DNA from: a candidate division FCPU426 bacterium
GTDB taxonomy: Bacteria; Oederibacteriota; Muellerivitia; Muellerivitales; Muellerivitaceae
Reading direction: 5' to 3'
DNA: 64,000 bases
Assembly: GCA_963847625.1 (NCBI GenBank)
Contig: CAWKAR010000039.1
Coordinates: forward strand, 186,823 to 250,822
Shown piece by piece: positions 20,003 to 30,631 of this stretch. Numbering within the stretch: position 1 is the stretch's first letter; each line of letters opens with the position of its first letter. Made by a program: the position numbers and the translations under genes. The notes beneath the pieces are model-generated. The model saw nothing but the letters and a program-made list of their open reading frames with translations, was not told the DNA's origin and did no database searches.

Positions 20003-22144
20003 TTGCGAAAAGTCGTCTCCTTGAATGGAAAATGGAAATTCACCCGCTTAGCCGAGTCGACTCTTGAAAAGCAGTCGGTACCGGTTGGGAATCCCAAGAG
20101 CCGCACCATCCAGGTGCCGGCCAATTGGTACTTGCAGGGGGAGAATTTCGCGGGAGAAGCCCTCTATGAAAGGGAATTCAAGGCGCCTGAGCTTCGGCAA
20201 GGACAGGCGGCGTTCCTGAGATTCAAGGGAGCTGATTATTTCCTCAAGGCCGAGTTGAATGGCCGGTTGTTGGGCCGCCATGAGGGGTATTTCCAATCCT
20301 TCGAGTTTAAGGCGACCCACGCCCTCCAGAAAAAAAACAAATTAAAGGTATGGGTGGAGTCCCCCAAGGAAAATTCCAAGGTCTGGCCGCACGAGAAGCA
20401 CCTGATCAAGGGCATTTTCAACCACCATGACGCCAGGCCTGGCAGTTGGGATCAGGAACACGGCCAGGATTTAAATACCGGGGGGCTGTGGAACGGGGTG
20501 GAACTCCTCATCGTGGACCATCTTTTCCTGGAACGTTGCCAAGTTACCCCGGCGCTCTTATCCAACCGCCAGGCGGTGGTGAACCTGAAACTGGACCTCG
20601 TCAACGCAGGCGAGCCGGGTTCCTATGGCGTGGAAGTGGATTTCCGCGGGGTGGGATTTCCCGGCCGATGGACCGTCCGGAAAAATGTCAGGTTGCCGCG
20701 GGGCCGGACCGAGGTTCGCCTCAGCCAAAAATTCCCCAAACCCAGGCTTTGGTGGACCTGGGACCAGGGGGAACCCAGCCTTTACCGCGCATCCATCCTT
20801 CTGCGACGATCTAAGGACCGACGGGTGGTGGAGAGGGGAGAGACGCGTTTTGGCATCCGCGAGATCCGCGTGTCCAAAAAATGGGAGTTTTTTCTCAACG
20901 GCCGCAAGTTCTTTCCCCGCGGGACCAATATCATTCCCACCCAATGGCTTTCCGAATACACCCGCGATCGGGCCAACCGGGACGTAAAAATGATGAAGCA
21001 GGCCGGGTTGAACGCAGTGCGGGTGCATGCACACGTCAACCGGGAGGAATTCTACTCGTCCTGCGACGAAGCGGGGCTTTTCGTGTGGCAGGACTTCGCC
21101 TTGCAGTGGAGCTACGAGCGGACTAAAGCCTTTACCCGGAACGCATGCCGCCAGATCCGGGAAATGGTGCGCCAGTTATACAACCATCCCTCCCTCCTGG
21201 TCTGGTGCTGCCACAACGAACCCTCGGTGAACCGCCACGAGCTGGACCCGGTCCTGGCGCGGGCGGTGAAGAAGGAAGACATGAGCCGCCATGTGGACAC
21301 GGCCAGCGATTTTCTCTATCACCCCTACCCTGGTTGGTATTGGGAGGATACGGTCCTGCGGGACGTCACGCCGGGGGCTGTGGGCGCGGACGCGCCTTTT
21401 TATTCTGAGTTCGGGGCCCAGGCCTTGCCGGGGGTTAAAACCCTGAGAAAAATGTTCAAACCCCGGGAACTCTGGCCGCCGGATTTCAAGAAGTGGGCGT
21501 TCCATGATTTCCAGTACTTCCAGACGTTCAACGTGGCCCGGATTCAAATGGGAAAATCCATCGGGGAGTTCGTGAAAAACAGCCAGGACTACCAGGCCCA
21601 CCTGGTGAAAGAATACATCCAGAGCATCCGGCTTAAGAAGTACCAACCCATGAACGGATATTTTCATTTCATGTTCGTGGATTGCTGGCCGGCCATCACC
21701 TGGAGTGTGGTGGATTATTTCCGTAATCCCAAGGAGGGCTACCGGGCCCTGCAAGAGGCGTCCCAGCCCCTCCTGCCGCTCTGGCGCCCCTTAGCGAACC
21801 GGTTTAATCCCGGGGATATGCTATTCTGGGGCGACTCACTCCTGAAGGAACTGGTGCTGATCAATGATTTTGGAAAGTCTCTCAAGGGTTTGAGGGTGGA
21901 GGCCCGGGTGGTGGATTCTGGGGGCCGGATTCTTTTCCGGGAGAAAAAAACCTGCGGGGTGAAAGCCGATTGCGTGGTCAGACCGTTTGAAAACCAGGAA
22001 CGTCTGAACCATAAGCAAAGCTTTAAACTGCCCTCAAGGGGCTCCACCGGGATATACCGGGCGGAGTTCAAGGTATGGGACAGGGCGGGAAAGCTTCTCG
22101 CGCATAACGAGAGAGAATTCGAAGTCGTGGCAAAAATACATTAA
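20003..22144 (+). CDS. GH2 glycoside hydrolase (beta-mannosidase-like)
   Basis: Probable TTG start after AAGGA; LNGKWKF, WWTWDQGEPSLY, NAVRVH, WQDF, HPSLLVWCCHNE, SEFGAQ, WSVVDY. Confidence 0.88.
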   Translation: MRKVVSLNGKWKFTRLAESTLEKQSVPVGNPKSRTIQVPANWYLQGENFAGEALYEREFKAPELRQGQAAFLRFKGADYFLKAELNGRLLGRHEGYFQSFEFKATHALQKKNKLKVWVESPKENSKVWPHEKHLIKGIFNHHDARPGSWDQEHGQDLNTGGLWNGVELLIVDHLFLERCQVTPALLSNRQAVVNLKLDLVNAGEPGSYGVEVDFRGVGFPGRWTVRKNVRLPRGRTEVRLSQKFPKPRLWWTWDQGEPSLYRASILLRRSKDRRVVERGETRFGIREIRVSKKWEFFLNGRKFFPRGTNIIPTQWLSEYTRDRANRDVKMMKQAGLNAVRVHAHVNREEFYSSCDEAGLFVWQDFALQWSYERTKAFTRNACRQIREMVRQLYNHPSLLVWCCHNEPSVNRHELDPVLARAVKKEDMSRHVDTASDFLYHPYPGWYWEDTVLRDVTPGAVGADAPFYSEFGAQALPGVKTLRKMFKPRELWPPDFKKWAFHDFQYFQTFNVARIQMGKSIGEFVKNSQDYQAHLVKEYIQSIRLKKYQPMNGYFHFMFVDCWPAITWSVVDYFRNPKEGYRALQEASQPLLPLWRPLANRFNPGDMLFWGDSLLKELVLINDFGKSLKGLRVEARVVDSGGRILFREKKTCGVKADCVVRPFENQERLNHKQSFKLPSRGSTGIYRAEFKVWDRAGKLLAHNEREFEVVAKIH

Positions 22145-22211
22145 AATCAACCTGGTGCGGACCGGCCGATTCGGTCCGGGATCCAGGGATGGTGCTAAAA
22201 AGGCGGATCGA

Positions 22212-23555
22212 ATGAATCGAAATATCTGTTTTAAGGCCGTGGGTTTACTCCTCTTTGGGGCCGGTTTCCTCTTGGCGGCCGAGGGGACGGTGGAAGTCAT
22301 CAAGGATGTTCCCTCCACTTACATGTATCCCTCAGGCGGGTTCCTGCCCTTCAATATCCACCGGGGCACCCAGACCATGCTTTCCTTGATGCTTCCCGGC
22401 TGCTCCTTCAACGACCCGCGGGGAGTGGCTTGCGCGCTTTTAAAGAAAGATCACGACCCTGGGGCGCCCCAAAACGACGTGGTGGTTACCTGCATCGGGG
22501 TTAACTCGGGAGCCGGGGAGATCGTCTACAACGTGGGATTGAAGGATTTGCGGAGGTTCGGCTCCCCCGGGCATGGTGAGAAGCAGTTTTTCGCTCCTAA
22601 CGGCGTGGCCATCCATTCCAACGGCAGTGTGGCTGTCGCCGACACTGGAAACAACCGCATCGCGCTTCTTCACCACGACGGCATGAGGATCGCCTGGGTC
22701 AAGGCGGTGGGCAAGAGGGGAAACCTGCCCGGGGAATTCACGTCCCCCATGGGGGTGGCCTATGATTCCCAGGGACGGCTTTACATCGCCGACACGGGGA
22801 ACAACCGCATCCAGGTCATGGACCCCAAGGGGCACTGCCATGTCCTTTCCACCCCCGCGCTGGAGGGCCCCTCGGCCCTGGCGGTGATCGACTCCAAGGA
22901 AGACTGGACTTTCTACCAGTCGGGGCCTTACGCGGACCGCATCGCGGTCATCGATCGAAAGGGAACCCGCCTGCAAACCCTGACCCTGGACGGCGCTCCC
23001 CTGACCCAAACCGCGGCGGACCCCTCGGCAGAATCCCCGGTTAAATTATGGGGTTGTGCCTTCGACTATTACGGCAACGTGGTCGCTACGGACATTTCCA
23101 AATCCTGCCTGAGGAAGTTCGACAAGGACCTGCGTTTCGTGGTCTCCTTCGGAAGGCCGGGGGAGGGGGATTACCAGTTCCTGGAACCCCGGGGCATCGC
23201 CTTCAACCACCAGTTCGGCCAGGTGCTGGTGGCCGACAAGGAATGCGTGCATTATTTCTGGAACGGCACCGACGCCGTCGACTTGAAAGTGGAACCGGAG
23301 GACAAGGGATACAAATTCCACTATCTCCTGACCGAAAGGGCTTATGTCACGGCCGAGATCAGGGACTCCCAGGGAAAAACCATGAAAACCCTGGGCCAAA
23401 ACCATGACTTGGAGGAGGGTACGCAGGTACTGGACTGGTACCCGGACCCTTCGGTTTCGAAGGGGGACTATGTCCTCTACTTGAGGCTCATGGCGACCTA
23501 TTCCTCGCGGGACCGCATCGCCAAGGAGATCGACCTGCCGGTTTCCTACCATTAA
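22212..23555 (+). CDS. Secreted NHL-repeat beta-propeller with C-terminal FlgD-like Ig domain
   Basis: Repeated F..P.G.A....G...ADTGNNRI units; signal peptide. Confidence 0.8.
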   Translation: MNRNICFKAVGLLLFGAGFLLAAEGTVEVIKDVPSTYMYPSGGFLPFNIHRGTQTMLSLMLPGCSFNDPRGVACALLKKDHDPGAPQNDVVVTCIGVNSGAGEIVYNVGLKDLRRFGSPGHGEKQFFAPNGVAIHSNGSVAVADTGNNRIALLHHDGMRIAWVKAVGKRGNLPGEFTSPMGVAYDSQGRLYIADTGNNRIQVMDPKGHCHVLSTPALEGPSALAVIDSKEDWTFYQSGPYADRIAVIDRKGTRLQTLTLDGAPLTQTAADPSAESPVKLWGCAFDYYGNVVATDISKSCLRKFDKDLRFVVSFGRPGEGDYQFLEPRGIAFNHQFGQVLVADKECVHYFWNGTDAVDLKVEPEDKGYKFHYLLTERAYVTAEIRDSQGKTMKTLGQNHDLEEGTQVLDWYPDPSVSKGDYVLYLRLMATYSSRDRIAKEIDLPVSYH

Positions 23556-23573
23556 TTTTAGCTGGAGGGGTTC

Positions 23574-24062
23574 ATGTCCCATAAGTCCTGTTTTCTCGGG
23601 TTTTTAATCCTTTCGCTTTCGGGGTTCGCCGGGTGCACCCAGGGACCGCCCCCCGTCATAGACGGGAGCAGCATCAATCTCGACGAGGCCAAGAGCGTCG
23701 CCAACACGGTGGCGGCTGATCTCATAGCGGATAACGCCAAGGACCTTTTCCTTCACCTGGACGAGGGTTTTCTCACCGTTGTGAGCAATGATAAAGATCT
23801 GGAAAAAGTCATGCAAAAATTGTATGCCGATTACGGCAGACCTACCAGTTGCGAGCCCAAGACCTACGGAAACGGTGTGCGCGTCGACGGTATACACAAA
23901 AGGCCTAAGAAGATTATTACCTACGCGATTACAACCACCAAGCTCTCAAAAGGTTATTACCTCAAGGTGGAGGTGGCTCCGGCCCTGAATGGGGTCCATC
24001 TGGTTGTTACCGGATTCGGCATTTTCGACCTTCGGAATAAAAAGTCGCCCTTTTTGCAATAA
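23574..24062 (+). CDS. Hypothetical lipoprotein
   Basis: Lipobox FAGC; RBS GGAGG. Confidence 0.6.
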   Translation: MSHKSCFLGFLILSLSGFAGCTQGPPPVIDGSSINLDEAKSVANTVAADLIADNAKDLFLHLDEGFLTVVSNDKDLEKVMQKLYADYGRPTSCEPKTYGNGVRVDGIHKRPKKIITYAITTTKLSKGYYLKVEVAPALNGVHLVVTGFGIFDLRNKKSPFLQ

Positions 24063-24101
24063 AGCTGTGGCGTTGGGACTTTGTTATAAAAGAGTGCTTC
24101 C

Positions 24102-24620
24102 ATGCGAAAGACCAAAGATCGATTTTTTTTCCGGGGGCGAAAGTTGTTTTGGGCGGCGGCAGCCGCTGCAATATTACTAACGGCAGGCGTCTTTTCGGCT
24201 CTATTGAAATCCAGAAATCCCGAAAACGTCGATCGGGTCCAATGGGTTTCGATCGCTGAGGCCGAAAAGGAGTTTCAAAAGGGCGGAAAGCCGATTTTAT
24301 ATGAGTTTTCCTCCGAATGGTGCGGACCCTGCCAGGCGATGAAAAGGGAAGTGTTTGGGGACAAGGCCACGGCGGATTGGATCAACCTCCATTTCATTCC
24401 CGTCAAATTGGTGGACCGGACGAGGGAGGACGGGGGGAACCGGTCGGAAGTGAGGGAACTCCAACAAAAGTATCAGATTCAGCAAATTCCAACGATCATT
24501 GTTCGTTTACCCCATGGCAGCTTTGGGACCAATATAGGATTCCAGGGCTTAGAAGCTATCCGGCGTTACCTGCAGGAACAGTTGGACGAGTTCAACCGGC
24601 AAATCCAAGGGAAGGGTTAA
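24102..24620 (+). CDS. Membrane-anchored thioredoxin-family protein
   Basis: N-terminal TM, WCGPC, cis-Pro motif IPT. Confidence 0.85.
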   Translation: MRKTKDRFFFRGRKLFWAAAAAAILLTAGVFSALLKSRNPENVDRVQWVSIAEAEKEFQKGGKPILYEFSSEWCGPCQAMKREVFGDKATADWINLHFIPVKLVDRTREDGGNRSEVRELQQKYQIQQIPTIIVRLPHGSFGTNIGFQGLEAIRRYLQEQLDEFNRQIQGKG

Positions 24621-24755
24621 TCCCATTCCGCAAGTTATGGATCGAGAGCCTTCTTTCGACGGTTTGAGTTTCAAACAAAGATAATGCCTGTGAGTTTCTC
24701 CCGGATTCACCGTAGACAAGTCGGTCGAATCGCCATTCATTGAAGGAAACCCGTT

Positions 24756-27098
24756 ATGAGGCATTGGATTTATTTCCTTGTTTTGGGAATGGTGTTGGTT
24801 CCTGCACGGTATTTTCAGGCGCGATATTCATTTGAATCCCAGCGGCAAGTATTTCCGGAACCCTGTAAAGGCCTTTTCCTAGTTCAAGTGGGGGAAGAAC
24901 CGGAGGTGCTTTTCGACCATTCGGCGGGAAGCCATGACACGGGAAGGCTGGGTGGTTACTACCAGCCTTTTGTTCGGGAGGTTCGCGCAGTCTGCGAGGT
25001 CCTTTCCCGCGATGGGGTCAGGACCCCGTCCGTAAAAGCCCGGTGCGCTTTCCTTTTATCCGCCGACCATCCCCGTTCAACCCTGGCCTACGGCGACACG
25101 GTTGAAATCGAGGGTAAGATCCAATATCCTGCTTCGGCCCGGAACCCCGGCCAGTTCGATTACGCCCACTACTTGAAAACCAAAGGGGTGGCCTACGTGA
25201 TCTACGGCGCCCCGGGTTGTTGGAATCTCCTTAAATCCGAAAAGACGATCAGGAACCCTTTTCTGGCGTCTTCCTTTGGGATGAAGCGCTGGGCCGAGGA
25301 CGCCCTCTACCGATACCTTCCTTTTCCCGAGAACGCCCTATTAACCGGCATCCTTTTGGGCGAAAGGGGGCCACTCCCCTCGGACATGACCGAGGCCTTT
25401 ATGGTAACCGGCACCGTGCATATCCTGGCGGTCTCGGGCATGGTTACCGCCTTCCTGGCCGGGCTTTTTTTCCTCATTTTCCGGGCGCTCCAATTCGGGC
25501 GCAAGTGGGCGGCGGCCTTGTCCCTGGCCGCCCTTCTTTTTTTCATCTTTATGACGGGAGCCCATCCCCCGGTCTGCCGGGCGGGGCTTTTTTCCGCCCT
25601 GGCCCTGACCGGAGTGCTTTTGGAAAGGAAAATCCACGGCGGGACACTGCTCCTGGCGACGGCCCTCCTGCTCGCGGTGATAAACCCTTTCGTGTTGGAA
25701 GACCTTTCCTTTCAAATATCCTTCCTGGCCACGGCGGGTTTGATGGTCCTGGCTTCCCGGTTCCTGGAAATGGGTTCCTTCATATGGAAACCCGCGGCCC
25801 TGCTCATTTCCACGACCGCGGCGGCCCAGGTATCCGTGTGGTGTCTCATCATCCATTCCTTCAATCAATCTTCCCCTTATTCGTTGTTGGCCAACCTCCT
25901 CATCGTTCCATTGGCCCTTTTTTCCGTGGCGGGAGGCCTGGCCATGCTCATAGGCTGTTGGATCCATCCTTTGATGGGGGTGGTGTTCGGTTCGGCCTGT
26001 GAGATACCCCTCCGGTTTTTGATTGTCCTGGCGGATTGGATCGCCAAACTTCCCTGCGCCAACACCATCGTGGCTTCACCGCCAGTGGCCTGGACCCTTT
26101 GTTTCCATTTTTTATTGCTGGCTTTCTTCGCGGCTTTTTGGCCGGTGCCGGAACCCGAAAATCCTTCTCCGGCCTGGAAAAAAAGGCGGGGTCTTTTTCA
26201 GAGGGCCCAAAGAATGGTCTGCACGGCTTGGATCCTTTTCCTGGCCCTCTCGACGGGGATAGGACTGGCTTCAACCCTCAGGACGCAGCCTTGGCGCATG
26301 GCCTTTCTTTCGATGGGACATGGCAACGCCCTGGTCCTGAGGACTCCCCATGGGAAGGTCCTTGTTTTCGACGGAGGCCGGGAAACTCACGGTCCCGACC
26401 GTTATCACCCCCTGGTGGCGTACCTTCGCCACCTGGGCATTAGGAAAGTGGATGCGGTTTTCAACACGCATCCGGACGAGGACCATGTGGGAGGGTTGGC
26501 CAACCTGCTGGCGGCTTATCCTGTCGGGGAAGCCTTTGAGGGGAACGGAGCAAGATCAGCTTCAGCCATTTACCGAAGGTTTGAGGCGTTGCTCAAGGAA
26601 AAGAGAATACGCCATGAGGAACTCAAAATGGGGGATATTCCATTCGAAACGGACCAAACCCAAGTGTTAATGCTGCACCCATCCCCTTCCTTCCATCCCC
26701 TCCACCAACCGGACAACAACCGCTCCATGGTTTCCGAGGTCGATTTCCCCTTTGGGGGAAGGAACTTCACCCTGATCCTCCCCGGAGACCTGGAAAGAGA
26801 GGGTTTGACGGAACTATTAAGGACCCACCGGCCCTTTCCGAAGGTAGACTGGCTTTTGGCGCCGCACCACGGACGATGGAGTGGAGCTCAGGACCTTTGC
26901 GCATCCAGCATGAAGCCCCATTTCACGGTTTTGAGCGACTGGAGAGATTATCCGGATGATCACGACCTATACAAAGCGTCGGTGCCGGATGCGGTTGTTT
27001 TATCCACCGCGCGGGAAGGTTCCATTGAGGTGGAAGTTTGGCCTGCGGGGTGGGGCCGCTACCGGACTTTTCAGGATAAAAAATGGAAAAGTTTTTAA
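24756..27098 (+). CDS. comEC: DNA uptake competence protein ComEC/Rec2
   Basis: RNPGQFDY, GTVHILAVSG, SFQISF, MBL motifs THPDEDHVGG and PHHG. Confidence 0.92.
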   Translation: MRHWIYFLVLGMVLVPARYFQARYSFESQRQVFPEPCKGLFLVQVGEEPEVLFDHSAGSHDTGRLGGYYQPFVREVRAVCEVLSRDGVRTPSVKARCAFLLSADHPRSTLAYGDTVEIEGKIQYPASARNPGQFDYAHYLKTKGVAYVIYGAPGCWNLLKSEKTIRNPFLASSFGMKRWAEDALYRYLPFPENALLTGILLGERGPLPSDMTEAFMVTGTVHILAVSGMVTAFLAGLFFLIFRALQFGRKWAAALSLAALLFFIFMTGAHPPVCRAGLFSALALTGVLLERKIHGGTLLLATALLLAVINPFVLEDLSFQISFLATAGLMVLASRFLEMGSFIWKPAALLISTTAAAQVSVWCLIIHSFNQSSPYSLLANLLIVPLALFSVAGGLAMLIGCWIHPLMGVVFGSACEIPLRFLIVLADWIAKLPCANTIVASPPVAWTLCFHFLLLAFFAAFWPVPEPENPSPAWKKRRGLFQRAQRMVCTAWILFLALSTGIGLASTLRTQPWRMAFLSMGHGNALVLRTPHGKVLVFDGGRETHGPDRYHPLVAYLRHLGIRKVDAVFNTHPDEDHVGGLANLLAAYPVGEAFEGNGARSASAIYRRFEALLKEKRIRHEELKMGDIPFETDQTQVLMLHPSPSFHPLHQPDNNRSMVSEVDFPFGGRNFTLILPGDLEREGLTELLRTHRPFPKVDWLLAPHHGRWSGAQDLCASSMKPHFTVLSDWRDYPDDHDLYKASVPDAVVLSTAREGSIEVEVWPAGWGRYRTFQDKKWKSF

Positions 27099-27229
27099 CT
27101 TGCCGTGTTCGGCGCACTGTGTCCATTTGGCACGGCTGAAGTTGAACTACTTAGATGGAACCCCCAAAAGGGTTTGGAAAAAAACATGTTGATCCGGCAA
27201 AAAAGAGGGAAGTCCCTGTTTTACGACCG

Positions 27230-27259
27230 TTGACATGGATTTTAGTTACACCTTATAAT
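27230..27259 (+). promoter_or_regulatory. Consensus sigma70 promoter
   Basis: TTGACA-N18-TATAAT, 7 nt before the ATG at 27267. Confidence 0.8.
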
Positions 27260-27266
27260 CTACCCA

Positions 27267-27626
27267 ATGAAGCTGACCCTACAAGATGTAGTAAGAGGCA
27301 TCGCCAAGGCGACAAAACTCGCCCTTCCTGAGGCTAATGTCGTTGCCCATAAAATCCTTTCCACACTGGAGGAGGGGATTATATGCGGAAAACGGATAGA
27401 AATAAGGGATTTCGGGGTTTTTCAAACGAAAACCGTATCCGGGAAAAAAGGCCGGGATATGGCCAGGAACCTTACCATGTTCCTTCCCGCCTATAAAAAA
27501 CTTTCCTTCCGGGCCGGAAAAAACATCCGCAACCTTTTCCGCGACTTTCGGGGGGATCCGGAACCGGCTATGGACGCCGATGGCCAGTTGGAAATGCACA
27601 TCCTCAAGGATGTGGTCAACCGGTAA
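27267..27626 (+). CDS. HU/IHF-family DNA-binding protein
   Basis: RIEIRDFGVF, KGRD, PAYKKLSFRAGK. Confidence 0.8.
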   Translation: MKLTLQDVVRGIAKATKLALPEANVVAHKILSTLEEGIICGKRIEIRDFGVFQTKTVSGKKGRDMARNLTMFLPAYKKLSFRAGKNIRNLFRDFRGDPEPAMDADGQLEMHILKDVVNR

Positions 27627-27683
27627 GACGGGGAACAAGGGGCTTGTTTTCCGCTTTTGGAATAAGAGAAGAAGGAGGTTTCG

Positions 27684-28184
27684 GTGGCTACGACGATCCA
27701 TTATTTCGGAAAAATCAGGAATCGGGAAGCCATCGGGGAAATCCAGGAGGAATTCCGGGAAATTGCCCAGGTGAGCGGCTGGCTGCATGAAACCGTGGAC
27801 CATGTTTTTACCCAGGAGGGCGACGCTTCCCCCATACGCTTGAGTCTGAAGGGTATCCGGGTGACTCTAAATAATAACGTAGGCCCCTTGCAATTGACTT
27901 TTGATAAGGACTGCTACCTGTCCCATATCTATTACGAGAAGCCGTCCGTTTCCCTCCGCCGCCAGGGAACCCATCCGGCCCCCCGGCAGTTTCTACACCA
28001 AGTTCATACCAGCGCCAGCCTGCGCCAGTGCGATCCCCCTTCTCACATCACGCTCGTTAAGCTTCTGGACTATGTGAAGAAACGATTCGTGCCCAATCTG
28101 GAAGTCATCGATAATACCGGATATTGGTATTCCCGCGATGAATCGGTATTGTCGCCCAAACAGCTGGAACTGGCAAAAAAGTAA
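27684..28184 (+). CDS. Hypothetical protein
   Basis: GTG after AAGGAGG; followed by terminator. Confidence 0.65.
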   Translation: MATTIHYFGKIRNREAIGEIQEEFREIAQVSGWLHETVDHVFTQEGDASPIRLSLKGIRVTLNNNVGPLQLTFDKDCYLSHIYYEKPSVSLRRQGTHPAPRQFLHQVHTSASLRQCDPPSHITLVKLLDYVKKRFVPNLEVIDNTGYWYSRDESVLSPKQLELAKK

Positions 28185-28199
28185 GGACGGCGGTTCGTC

Positions 28200-28231
28200 A
28201 GCCCTTTTGGCCCGTCCAAAAGGGCTTTTTT
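28200..28231 (+). terminator. Intrinsic terminator
   Basis: AGCCCTTTTGG/CCAAAAGGGCT stem plus T run. Confidence 0.8.
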
Positions 28232-28289
28232 GTTTCAGGAAAAACCGGTTATGCGGGTGGCGGGACCTTTCCTGGAAAGCGAGTTCTGT

Positions 28290-30533
28290 TTGAAAAAGTT
28301 TTTGCTGGTGCCGGTACTGGCCCTACTTGCCTTTTTAACCGTGCCCGGCCTTTACGCAGGCACCTTCGAGGCTAGGCTGGGGAAATGGTTCGCCCAGGGT
28401 AAAACCTCCGAAATTGAGGAAGCCCTCGCTGAAAGAATCACGGAAGAACCAGCTAACAGGGACCTGTGGCTGGAGTTGGCGGAATTCCGGAAAAGCCAAG
28501 GGGACTACCCTGGCACCGTGGCGGCATACCAGGAATACCTTTCCACCCAAGAGGATTGGAAAGTGAGAGTATCCTTGGCCTTGGCCGTGGAGCAAATGGG
28601 GCAGTTCGCCGACGCCGAGGGATACCTGAAGGAACTGTTCCAAAAACACCCGAGAGAGACGGACATTCTATGGGGTTTGGCCCGGCTTTGCCTTTACCAA
28701 TCCAAGTGGAAAGAGCTTCAGACCCATAAGACCGCCGTCCAGGCCCTGCGTGAGGCGCAAAAATACCTGGCGGGCTTGACGGCCTTACGCCCCGACTCCG
28801 CCTTGGGGTTCTGGCAGTTGGCTGAGGTTTCGCGAAAACTAGGCGACACGAAACAGGCCTTGGAAGCCTACGAGCAAGCGGTTAAAATCGACCCGAGTTT
28901 CAAAAAGGCCTACCGGTATATCGCCCGGCTCCTCGCCCAAAGGCGGGAGTTCCGGCAGTCACTGGCCGAATACGAGCGGGCTGAAACCATTGAACCGCAA
29001 GACACCGCGTTGAAAAGGGAAGCGGAACAAGTCGCGAAAAAAGCACCGGAAATGGAGGCGAAACTCAAGGCGGATAAAATTAGTCTTTGGGAAAAATGGG
29101 AGCCACCCCGGGAGACTGCCATCGCGCCTTCCTCCGTGACCATCCGGGTCGGGTTGTTCACAGGCCTAAGTCAGCTGCTGTTCCGGGGGGAGGGGGAACT
29201 GGAAGTTACAGACACGCCGGCTTATCCGGGCATATCCTCCGTAAGACCAGCGACGCCTCAACCGGCCGCCGGGGCGGGCTGGGGGGGGCCTCGGACAGCC
29301 CCGCGGAGTCCCACCGTAGTACCTTTTCCCCTCTTGGAGCCCCTGCCCCTTTCAAATCTTCCCGGGTTTACCCCGGGTCAAGCCCCGATCACCGTCCTTT
29401 CCGCCAAAAAGAATTACGAGGTGGACTACATTTCCGCCAAGAGATCGGCGACACATAAGGAATTCTGGGTTGTCAAAAACCCCAAAGGGAAGGTCGTCGT
29501 CAGGTTCGACAAGCCCCTATGGATTGTCTCCCGCGATGCCTCCAAGGCCCTGGTGGCCCACGCGGTGCCCTCCAACGTGGGCTATTTTTTCGCAAAAGAG
29601 GAAGACCGCGCCTTTCGGGGGATCCTGGAGTTGGACCCGCGGCCGGGGGAAGGTTTCAACGTTGTCAACCGGGTCACCCTCGAAGACTATACGGCGGGGG
29701 TCCTGCCTTCCGAGATGCCATCCTCTTGGCCCATGGAGGCTTTGAAGGCCCAGGCCGTTGTGGCAAGGACCTACGTTCTTTCCAAGATGGGCTGGCATGA
29801 GGCCGATGGCTTCGACGTTTGTGACGACGTGCATTGCCAGGTCTACCGGGGCCTCCGGGCCGAATGCGCCAGGACCAACCAGGCCGTGAGGGAAACAGCG
29901 GGGATGGTCCTCAAATACGGCCCCCGGATGATGCCGGTGTTTTATTCCGCCCAGTGCGGGGGTCACACCCAGGATTATGAGGAAGCCTGGGGGGCCAAAC
30001 TACCGGTGGTGGGCGTTGAGGATTTCGACCCCGGGAAAAACCAGGACCTGGAATTCCCGCTCTCTCCCCGGCGGATGGAGCAATGGATCCGCCAGGATCG
30101 CCCCGCTTACTGCCGCGTTGACGGATTGAGGGGCTACCAGAATTACCGCTGGGCTTGGATCCTGCCCGAGAAGGATATCCGGAACAAGACCGGCACGATC
30201 GGCCGGATCCGCAGGATGGTGGTGACCCACCGCTCCACCGCGGGCTGGGCGGACAGCCTCCGGGTGGAGGGGGAATCAGGCGAGAGGGAATACAGGGGGG
30301 ATCATATCAGAAGTTTCCTGGGGGGAATCCGCAGCAACCTGATCTGGATCGAACCCCAATACAACCCAAAAGGCTGGCCCGAGGAATTCATCATCTACGG
30401 GGGGGGCTGGGGCCACGGGGTGGGCATGTGCCAGGTGGGATGTTACAGCCTCGCGAAATTGGGAAAAAATTGCGAGGATATCCTGCGGCATTACTTCCCC
30501 AAGGCGGACTTGAAAAAATTGTCGAAAAATTAA
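28290..30533 (+). CDS. TPR + SpoIID/LytB domain peptidoglycan lytic protein
   Basis: Signal peptide, TPRs, GVLPSEM..WPMEALKAQAVVARTY, CDDVHCQVY, GWGHGVGMCQ. Confidence 0.9.
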   Translation: MKKFLLVPVLALLAFLTVPGLYAGTFEARLGKWFAQGKTSEIEEALAERITEEPANRDLWLELAEFRKSQGDYPGTVAAYQEYLSTQEDWKVRVSLALAVEQMGQFADAEGYLKELFQKHPRETDILWGLARLCLYQSKWKELQTHKTAVQALREAQKYLAGLTALRPDSALGFWQLAEVSRKLGDTKQALEAYEQAVKIDPSFKKAYRYIARLLAQRREFRQSLAEYERAETIEPQDTALKREAEQVAKKAPEMEAKLKADKISLWEKWEPPRETAIAPSSVTIRVGLFTGLSQLLFRGEGELEVTDTPAYPGISSVRPATPQPAAGAGWGGPRTAPRSPTVVPFPLLEPLPLSNLPGFTPGQAPITVLSAKKNYEVDYISAKRSATHKEFWVVKNPKGKVVVRFDKPLWIVSRDASKALVAHAVPSNVGYFFAKEEDRAFRGILELDPRPGEGFNVVNRVTLEDYTAGVLPSEMPSSWPMEALKAQAVVARTYVLSKMGWHEADGFDVCDDVHCQVYRGLRAECARTNQAVRETAGMVLKYGPRMMPVFYSAQCGGHTQDYEEAWGAKLPVVGVEDFDPGKNQDLEFPLSPRRMEQWIRQDRPAYCRVDGLRGYQNYRWAWILPEKDIRNKTGTIGRIRRMVVTHRSTAGWADSLRVEGESGEREYRGDHIRSFLGGIRSNLIWIEPQYNPKGWPEEFIIYGGGWGHGVGMCQVGCYSLAKLGKNCEDILRHYFPKADLKKLSKN

Positions 30534-30631
30534 GGGGAATATATCGGGAAGAATGGGAAAAAAAGTTTTAGAATCATCCTTCACTCGGGCTCATTTGCAA
30601 TAAACGGCTTTTATGGGATAAAGTGTAAAGC

